Shown here piece after piece: positions 57,620-64,000 of a DNA stretch of 64,000 bases. A model generated the notes under the pieces. The model was not told where the DNA came from, did no database searches, and saw only the letters and a list, made by a program, of their open reading frames with translations. Both the position numbers and the translations under genes were made by a program. This DNA comes from an uncultured Gammaproteobacteria bacterium (GTDB lineage: Bacteria > Patescibacteriota > Patescibacteriia > UBA1558 > 2-01-FULL-52-15): NCBI GenBank assembly GCA_964422585.1, contig CAYRBH010000005.1, positions 3,401-67,400 of the forward strand, in the 5' to 3' direction. Position 1 is the first letter of the stretch, and every line of letters begins with the position of its first letter.

Positions 57620-58525
57620 ATGTCCCCCCAAAAAACCTCCCTCATTGTAGTGACTTTGGCGCTGCTCACCCTGTGTGCCATGCCTGTGCATGCCCTGACG
57701 GGTACTGATGTCATGAAGTACACTGGCTTAACCAAAGCCGACCAGACCTGCACGTTCACGTCCATGTCAGGCCTCCTGAACAATGGTAAAGTATTCACCA
57801 GCGGCTGTACCGGAGGCGACCTCGTTGCCTTTATCAATGCCCTCGATACCTTCTTCTACCGCCTCGCCATAGTCTTAGCAGTTCTCATGATAACCATCGG
57901 GGGTATGCAGTGGCTCATGGCCATAGGCAATTCCTCCAAAATCTCCAATGCCAAAGATACTATCCAACAGGCTGTCATAGGCCTGATCCTTGCTATGACT
58001 GCCATACTACTCTTCAACCAGATAGACCCAAGCTTTACGAATTTGAAGAGTATAGATTTGAAGAAATTGGATTCGGCAACAAGCGCTTCATGCGAATCTA
58101 TAACTGCGATAGCGCAATGTCTCGCTACAAAAAATTGTCGATGGACCCCAACGGATCCTACGAAAGGAGCATTGAGCGCAGGTACCTGTAGTGCTGGAGA
58201 CGCGACACAGGATGGTGACTGTAGCGGAGCTAGCTCAGGAACTTGCCTCAATTACACAGGTTGTTATTTAAGCAAAGATGGGCTGTGTGCTTCGTCGCCG
58301 AATATATGTATAAAGACTGCCGCTGACTATCAATCTTTCAAAGCTCAATACTCCACGGTCAAGCCTGAGTGCTGTGTTAATAAAAGCGGGCCGACACCCG
58401 TATATGCTTGGGCTAACTTTGTACTGAATAAGAATATTGAGTGTTCTACAGTATGCGGCTCGGATGCTCTTTCTACAGAATGGCAGAAAGGCGATATAAA
58501 TGACTGCATAAATAATATGCAATAG
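57620..58525 (+). CDS. Pilin-like (VirB2/TrbC-like two-helix hairpin) protein, paralogue A, with Cys-rich C-terminal domain
   Basis: A signal peptide (…PVHA), a short Cys-containing segment, two long hydrophobic helices separated by NSSKISNAKDT, then a ~150-aa domain with about 15 Cys. The N-terminal 145 aa are identical to paralogue B. Confidence 0.4.
   Translation: MSPQKTSLIVVTLALLTLCAMPVHALTGTDVMKYTGLTKADQTCTFTSMSGLLNNGKVFTSGCTGGDLVAFINALDTFFYRLAIVLAVLMITIGGMQWLMAIGNSSKISNAKDTIQQAVIGLILAMTAILLFNQIDPSFTNLKSIDLKKLDSATSASCESITAIAQCLATKNCRWTPTDPTKGALSAGTCSAGDATQDGDCSGASSGTCLNYTGCYLSKDGLCASSPNICIKTAADYQSFKAQYSTVKPECCVNKSGPTPVYAWANFVLNKNIECSTVCGSDALSTEWQKGDINDCINNMQ
57689..58047. repeat. Direct repeat copy 1 (359 bp, identical to 58608..58966)
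   Basis: A constant offset of 919 bp and no mismatch found by eye over the whole length. The identical antisense ORFs in the track (57856..58251 and 58775..59008) share the same peptide, which corroborates the repeat. Confidence 0.9.
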
Positions 58526-58538
58526 TTTTGAATTAGAA

Positions 58539-59651
58539 ATGTTTACTAGAGCGCGTCTCTTTATCCTTGTTAGTGTCGGCCTATCACTGGTACTGTCTGT
58601 CCCGGCTCATGCCCTGACGGGTACTGATGTCATGAAGTACACTGGCTTAACCAAAGCCGACCAGACCTGCACGTTCACGTCCATGTCAGGCCTCCTGAAC
58701 AATGGTAAAGTATTCACCAGCGGCTGTACCGGAGGCGACCTCGTTGCCTTTATCAATGCCCTCGATACCTTCTTCTACCGCCTCGCCATAGTCTTAGCAG
58801 TTCTCATGATAACCATCGGGGGTATGCAGTGGCTCATGGCCATAGGCAATTCCTCCAAAATCTCCAATGCCAAAGATACTATCCAACAGGCTGTCATAGG
58901 CCTGATCCTTGCTATGACTGCCATACTACTCTTCAACCAGATAGACCCAAGCTTTACGAATTTGAAAGGCCCGACGCTTGTGACGTCAACTTTCAGTTGT
59001 GAGACCATTCAAGATCCTAGTTCATGTATTGCCCAGGCAGCGGCGAATTCTTGTAAGTGGACCTGCACCGATCCATCGGAAAGTAAGAAACGGGTACTCC
59101 CGCCGAACACCAAGTGGACCTCTGATTTTCAGAACCCACTGTGCATACCTGGGAAATGCACGACGGGCGTTACGACGGCCGGAGGTGCGGCAAATGCAGC
59201 AACTTGTGATAATACGAGTGGACTCGCGGCCCAGTATGGAACGAATCCGAACCTTACAAACTCGCCTCAGTTGAATGCTTTGATACAATGTGTTAACAGT
59301 AGTCCGGCCGGAGCTCTTCTCGGGCCAGATTCGAATCAGGGAACCTGGGAAAGTGCTCAGCATAACACAAAATGTAATTTTACGCGGGGTAATCCCATCT
59401 GTGGGCCATGTGTACACGCGGTGAACTCGTGTCACTATGGTGGTAAGACTGGTAATAATGGCGCTGAGGCCGTTGACTTTAACGCGGCAGATGGATCACC
59501 TGCCGGAGAAGCAGCGTTATGCCGGGCTTTGAGAGCTGCGAGTGCTGGCTGCAACTTCGGATTCCTTAACTTCGAAGGTAATCATACTCATGTAAGCACA
59601 GCCTCATGTGATGGCGATGGCACAGGCATCGGAACAGACTGTCCGAGCTAA
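58539..59651 (+). CDS. Pilin-like (VirB2/TrbC-like) protein, paralogue B, with a different Cys-rich C-terminal domain
   Basis: The N-terminal module is the same as paralogue A, with a perfect 359-bp DNA repeat. The C-terminal ~220 aa are unrelated, Cys/Gly/Asn-rich and end in ...DGDGTGIGTDCPS. Confidence 0.4.
   Translation: MFTRARLFILVSVGLSLVLSVPAHALTGTDVMKYTGLTKADQTCTFTSMSGLLNNGKVFTSGCTGGDLVAFINALDTFFYRLAIVLAVLMITIGGMQWLMAIGNSSKISNAKDTIQQAVIGLILAMTAILLFNQIDPSFTNLKGPTLVTSTFSCETIQDPSSCIAQAAANSCKWTCTDPSESKKRVLPPNTKWTSDFQNPLCIPGKCTTGVTTAGGAANAATCDNTSGLAAQYGTNPNLTNSPQLNALIQCVNSSPAGALLGPDSNQGTWESAQHNTKCNFTRGNPICGPCVHAVNSCHYGGKTGNNGAEAVDFNAADGSPAGEAALCRALRAASAGCNFGFLNFEGNHTHVSTASCDGDGTGIGTDCPS
58608..58966. 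repeat. Direct repeat copy 2 (359 bp, identical to 57689..58047)
   Basis: See copy 1. Identity ends exactly where the two C-terminal domains begin (…CTAATTTGAA then G vs A). Confidence 0.9.
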
Positions 59652-59655
59652 CGGT

Positions 59656-61029
59656 ATGGCTATACAGACGATATATGTTTGTTCCAACTGCGACGCCCAA
59701 GCTCCCAAGTGGTCTGGACGCTGTTTAGAGTGTGGTAAATGGGGGACCTTAGTTGAACAAGCAAAGCCGGTTATTGCGGCAAAGACCGCCCGAGGCAAAG
59801 CCGCGGGCGGCTCGAGGCCAGCCTTTTCTTCTGCGCCCGCAAAAGTCATTAAATTTTCTGACCTTGAACAAGGCGCGGTACAGCGCATTTCTGCCAAAGG
59901 TTTTCCCTTTGATGAGATTTTTCCAAAAGGCATAGCTTTAGGCAGCCTGACCTTGCTGACCGGCGAACCTGGTTCAGGTAAATCAACACTTGCTTTGCAG
60001 CTGATGCGGACTTTGAGTAGCGAGCATCAAGCCTTGTATGTCTCGGCAGAGGAGTCAGCGGTACAGGTGAAGGAACGTGCCAGTCGTGTAGGCACCTTTG
60101 GTCACTACTTTAGTATTACGGAAAGCACGAATCTGGAAGAAATCATCGCTACATTACATGTCCAGAAACCAAAAGTCGTGTGCATTGATTCTCTACAGGC
60201 CATAGTGAGCGCCGAAGTCACCGGTGATGCTGGATCTTTGAATCAAATCAGAGCCGTGACCGCGCAACTGTTAGAGTTAGCTCGTAAGGAACACATAGCA
60301 ATTCTTCTGATCGGTCATGTGACAAAAGACGGCACCTTGGCAGGTCCGAAATCGCTGGAACATTTGGTAGATGCAGTCTATTACCTCGAAGCTGATCGTA
60401 ACAGCAGTTATCGTCTCCTGCGCGTCTACAAGAATCGCTATGGCGCTTCAGGTGCAGTCCTCGTTATGCAAATGGGCGGGGGAGGCATGACAGCGGTCGC
60501 AAACCCAGCAACGATTTTCATTCATAACTTTAGCCCCAAGCCCGGCTCAGTGCTGACCGTGACTGAAATTGATGATCAGTTTTTCTTTCTGGAAGTTCAG
60601 GCTTTGGTTGCCAAAAGCGGTTTTGGCTATGCCAAGCGCACTGCGTCTGGTTTTTCTAAGTCGCGTCTTGAATTATTGCTCGCGATTGTCAAAAAACAAC
60701 TACATATCGATGCCGATCTCTATGATATCTATATCAATATTGCCGGCGGCTTTTCCGTGCATGAGCCGGCGCTTGATCTTGCAGTATTGATGAGTATTCT
60801 CTCAAGCCTCAAAGAGCAATCTTTGCCTCCGAAGACAGTTGTCTTTGGCGAACTTGGCCTTTCAGGAGAGCTGCGCGTGGTGAAAGACACGGGAGCACGC
60901 TTGAAGACTATTGCTGAACATGGGTTTGCAAACGTGTATTTCCCGCCGCTTGAACAGAAAGTACAGAGTAAACTAAATCTACACTCATTCGCTTCAATTA
61001 CAGAGTTTGTAAAAAAACTTGGTTGGTAA
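59656..61029 (+). CDS. radA: DNA repair protein RadA/Sms
   Basis: N-terminal C4 zinc finger (CSNCDAQAPKWSGRCLECGKWG), Walker A GEPGSGKSTL, the KNRYG motif and a Lon-protease-like C-terminal domain. The start is taken at the Met just after the upstream stop. Confidence 0.93.
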   Translation: MAIQTIYVCSNCDAQAPKWSGRCLECGKWGTLVEQAKPVIAAKTARGKAAGGSRPAFSSAPAKVIKFSDLEQGAVQRISAKGFPFDEIFPKGIALGSLTLLTGEPGSGKSTLALQLMRTLSSEHQALYVSAEESAVQVKERASRVGTFGHYFSITESTNLEEIIATLHVQKPKVVCIDSLQAIVSAEVTGDAGSLNQIRAVTAQLLELARKEHIAILLIGHVTKDGTLAGPKSLEHLVDAVYYLEADRNSSYRLLRVYKNRYGASGAVLVMQMGGGGMTAVANPATIFIHNFSPKPGSVLTVTEIDDQFFFLEVQALVAKSGFGYAKRTASGFSKSRLELLLAIVKKQLHIDADLYDIYINIAGGFSVHEPALDLAVLMSILSSLKEQSLPPKTVVFGELGLSGELRVVKDTGARLKTIAEHGFANVYFPPLEQKVQSKLNLHSFASITEFVKKLGW

Positions 61030-61034
61030 AACAT

Positions 61035-61403
61035 ATGTCTACAATCCACTTTATTCAGCATGGGTTCAAGAGACCCACTAAAGCGGCCGGCGCTCTTAAA
61101 GAGGCATTAGAGATTCGTGGAGTTGGAGTTTTATCAGAATTATATGACGGTTATAAACACATTGATTTAGCCATTCCTAGGGCAAAGATTAATATCGAGA
61201 TTGATGGTATTCAACATCTGATAAACCCATATCAAATTGTCGCAGACCTTTCGCGCGGATATTATTCCAATCAATTAGGTTACAATACTATGCATATACC
61301 AAACGAAATGATACGTTTACATCTGCCTGAAATTGCCGACGCTTTAGCCGAGGCATCTAAAATTCGAGAGCAAAGAATAAGGGTTCATCTCACAAAATCC
61401 TAA
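61035..61403 (+). CDS. DUF559 (Vsr-like endonuclease fold) domain protein
   Basis: ...DGYKHIDLAIPRAKINIEIDGIQH... matches the DUF559 core. The track ORF starts at a TTG that overlaps the radA stop; ATG at 61035 is the likelier start. Confidence 0.55.
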   Translation: MSTIHFIQHGFKRPTKAAGALKEALEIRGVGVLSELYDGYKHIDLAIPRAKINIEIDGIQHLINPYQIVADLSRGYYSNQLGYNTMHIPNEMIRLHLPEIADALAEASKIREQRIRVHLTKS

Positions 61404-61429
61404 ATATTCAAGCTATATTGTGTAGCATT

Positions 61430-63511
61430 TTATTCCCAATGCAACCCCACCCGTTCATCTAGTCTGTGCGTAATTGAGTTATAGTAGTCTAGGTTTGTAT
61501 CATCTTTCACAATCTGATCAACATATTTTTTCGCCTTTTCGATCAAATCAGTATCACGCAACGTAGCTATTTTGAAATTAACGATACCAGATTGTCTGGT
61601 GCCAAAGACTTCTCCTTCGCCACGGAGTTTCAGATCTGCTTCAGCAAGCTCGAAACCGTCATTACTCTTGGTCAGCAACTCAAGCCGCTGTTTCGTTGTT
61701 TCATTTTTACTTTCAGTAAAGAGCAGACAATAGGATTGCATGTCATTTCTGCCAACCCGGCCTCGGAATTGATGGAGCTGCGCAATACCGAACCTGTCGG
61801 CGCCTTCGATCACCATGACAGTGGCTTTGGGTATATCAATGCCCACTTCTATCACCGAGGTTGTAACGAGAATCGGGAAGGCGCCGCTCTTGAAATCCTC
61901 AAGTATTTTTTTCTTTTGTTCCGGCTTCAGCTTGCCATGTAAGTAACGAAGCTCCAGATCAGGGAAAATATCCTTTTGTAGCCGTTCATATTCAGAAAGC
62001 ACGGATTTGCTTTCACTTTTATCATTCTCATTGATCAAGGGGCAGAGGATAAATATCTGTTGTCCTTTTTTGATAAGCCCCCGGATAAAGTCATAGGCTT
62101 TGGGTCGTTTAGTTTCATCAACGATTTTGGTAATGATCGGCTTTCTGCCTTGTGGCCGTTCTTTAATGTTTGTAACCTGGAGCTCGCCATACAATGTCAA
62201 AGCAAGCGTACGGGGGATTGGGGTTGCGGTCAGTGAAAGTAAATGCGGAACCATGCCATCGCGTCGCATCGAAGTCAATGTTTTTCGCTGTCCAACACCG
62301 AATCGATGCTGCTCGTCAACGACTGCAAGCCCCAAATTTGGAATATGCAGATCTTTCTGAATGAGACTATGTGTGCCGATGATCAGGAGTATCTGTTCAC
62401 TCCCAAGCCCCTCTACTATAGTATTTCGCGAGGTCTTCTTGCCCCGGTACATGGCATGTTTGGCTGTCAGTAGGGCAATAGGCAGACTCGGTAGTAGTTT
62501 TGTGAGGGTTTCATAGTGCTGCAGTGCCAAAACCTCAGTCGGAGCCATGAGCGAGCTCTGATAGCCTGCCAAAGCAGTGCTTAACATACCCATAGCAGCG
62601 ACAACGGTCTTCCCAGAGCCCACATCGCCTTGCACCAGACGGTTCATTGGCTCTGATTTCTCAATATCCTGCACAATCTGATACCCAGCTTTTTTCTGGT
62701 CATCAGTCAGTTTGAAAGGAAGTGTTTTGACCCAGTCAGCAATATCTTGCTGCTTGAATGGAATCTGCGGCGTATCATGCTGTTGATAGAAACGCTTTGC
62801 ATACCCAACGCCCAACTGCAGCCAAAAAAGTTCTTCAAATTTTAAACGACGTATCGCTTTCTCTAGTTTTTCAGGATCATCAGGAAAGTGAACCTGTTTC
62901 AGAGCGTCCGCCAGCAATGGCAGCTTTTCTTTTGAAATTATGTCCTCAGGTATTTCTTCAACCGGCTGCTCGGCAGTTTTCAAGGCCGTTTGTATGAGGA
63001 AGCGCAGCTGTTTATGGCTGACTCCTTCAGTCAATGAGTAGTAGGGGATGATATGCGCCGTATGCAGTTGTTCTTCTCTGACTTTTTCATAGACCGGATT
63101 GATAAACTCCGGGCCAACCAAGGTTAGTTTTGCTTTTCCAGAAAGGTATATCTCGTCACCAACTTTCAATGTCTTACTAATATACGATTGTCCAAACCAT
63201 ACTGCTTTAAGCTCACCAGTATCATCTTCCATACGCAGGTCAGTAATAAACATTCTTTTTTTGAACGACCGAAATGCTTTGACTGCGATAATTTTTCCAC
63301 GTACCGTTACTACCGTGTCGGCGGGTATATCGGCAACGTGAACAACAGTGCGCATATCTTCATAGCGCAGAGGCACATACCAGAGCAAGTCGGCGATGGT
63401 AGTGATACCAAGTCTGTGTAATCTCGGAGCTGTTTTGCTGCCGATATGGTGTAAGTCTTCGAGTGGGGATTCCAGGGAGAGCATATGGGTATTGTACCAG
63501 AAGAAATACAA
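61430..63511 (-). CDS. recG: ATP-dependent DNA helicase RecG
   Basis: An N-terminal wedge/OB region, Walker A GDVGSGKT, DEQHRFGV (DExH), TATPIPRTL and QLHQFRGRVGR. Full length, about 690 aa. Confidence 0.93.
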   Translation of the reverse strand: MYFFWYNTHMLSLESPLEDLHHIGSKTAPRLHRLGITTIADLLWYVPLRYEDMRTVVHVADIPADTVVTVRGKIIAVKAFRSFKKRMFITDLRMEDDTGELKAVWFGQSYISKTLKVGDEIYLSGKAKLTLVGPEFINPVYEKVREEQLHTAHIIPYYSLTEGVSHKQLRFLIQTALKTAEQPVEEIPEDIISKEKLPLLADALKQVHFPDDPEKLEKAIRRLKFEELFWLQLGVGYAKRFYQQHDTPQIPFKQQDIADWVKTLPFKLTDDQKKAGYQIVQDIEKSEPMNRLVQGDVGSGKTVVAAMGMLSTALAGYQSSLMAPTEVLALQHYETLTKLLPSLPIALLTAKHAMYRGKKTSRNTIVEGLGSEQILLIIGTHSLIQKDLHIPNLGLAVVDEQHRFGVGQRKTLTSMRRDGMVPHLLSLTATPIPRTLALTLYGELQVTNIKERPQGRKPIITKIVDETKRPKAYDFIRGLIKKGQQIFILCPLINENDKSESKSVLSEYERLQKDIFPDLELRYLHGKLKPEQKKKILEDFKSGAFPILVTTSVIEVGIDIPKATVMVIEGADRFGIAQLHQFRGRVGRNDMQSYCLLFTESKNETTKQRLELLTKSNDGFELAEADLKLRGEGEVFGTRQSGIVNFKIATLRDTDLIEKAKKYVDQIVKDDTNLDYYNSITHRLDERVGLHWE

Positions 63512-64000
63512 AAGAGCTCTTTGGTAAGAGCCCTTTTGTAAACGTCTACTTATTTGTCGTGAGTATAGGTTTCCCCCAAGTATGCGCTTAAGGAATGCCT
63601 AAACCCTTTTATTAACTGGGACAAATAGGTAACTTATACAGAGTATAAGTTAGATGGAGTATAGCATATATGTGAGGAGCGCGCAATGCGTTTAGAGCAG
63701 GGGTTGTGTATAACTTGCCGCGCTCTTAATTGTCATTCCCGACTTCTATTTCCAAGTCATCTATATGCGGCTTTTTTCGCAATAATCCTTGCAGACGAGG
63801 GTTTCGAATATGCCCATTCTCTCCTGAGTCTCCAGAGGTATTCCCGTTTTGTTGACTTTCTGATTGATCGGCTATGCTCGAATCAGGCCCGATGACTGTG
63901 AACGATAGGGTGCTCGTGGGGCTTGTAGTTCCGACAGAAGCATCCTCGGCCCTCTTGAATTTGATCTGTATATGCCCCTTAAGATTAGTATGTGCATTGA

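Noticed and set aside
57856-59008. Identical antisense ORFs 57856..58251(-) and 58775..59008(-)
   Set aside because: They are by-products of the 359-bp perfect repeat shared by the two pilin-like genes, not independent genes.
1-64000. CRISPR arrays, insertion sequences, integrases or prophage genes
   Set aside because: I scanned for short regularly spaced direct repeats and for transposase or integrase-like ORFs and found none. The only long DNA repeat is the 359-bp pilin-gene duplication, which has no spacer structure.
63512-64000. Gene or terminator in the terminal 490 bp (ORF 63686..63895+, hairpin CAAAAGAGCTCTT-N-AAGAGCCCTTTTG at 63513-63542)
   Set aside because: The ORF is short, lacks features and sits in an AT-rich likely promoter region for recG. 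The hairpin is imperfect and lacks a U-tract. Insufficient evidence.

Overview
The window is a gene-dense, moderately low-GC segment of a reduced bacterial genome. The first 400 bp and two short intergenic stretches are markedly GC-richer than the rest. The gene content is consistent with a Patescibacteria/CPR-like or other small-genome monoderm-like organism; that assignment is inference only.

Recognisable core genes:
- DEAD-box helicase, queA, an HhH-GPD glycosylase, leuS, tsaC, rsmA/ksgA.
- A convergent rpsF-ssb-rpsR-efp cluster, plus radA and recG.
- tRNA-Pro(CGG) and tRNA-Ala(CGC).
- A TrmH-family methylase, a glycerophosphodiester phosphodiesterase, and a LysM-M23 peptidase.

Cell-envelope genes:
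- A membrane desaturase next to a UbiA-type prenyltransferase.
- A cupredoxin-like lipoprotein followed by ccdA and a TlpA-like gene.
- Three atypical Mur-ligase genes. Two lack the usual N-terminal domain, and one is a fusion of a PP-loop ATPase-like domain with MurD.

The most notable content is a bipartite type IV secretion/pilus-like locus of the Gram-positive (PrgI + VirB4) flavour.
- Part 1: a 3283-aa cysteine-rich secreted giant protein, immediately followed by a polytopic VirB6/TrbL-like protein.
- Part 2, beyond the ribosomal-protein cluster, a tightly coupled operon:
  - a Pro-rich protein;
  - a PrgI/VirB3-like gene;
  - a VirB4 split into two overlapping ORFs;
  - a candidate VirB8-like NTF2-fold protein;
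  - a membrane protein;
  - a beta-propeller protein;
  - a DsbA-like oxidoreductase;
  - two tandem paralogues of a two-helix pilin-like protein.
- The two pilin-like paralogues share a perfect 359-bp DNA repeat and then diverge into different cysteine-rich C-terminal domains.

No relaxase, VirD4, VirB11, integrase, transposase or CRISPR array was seen.
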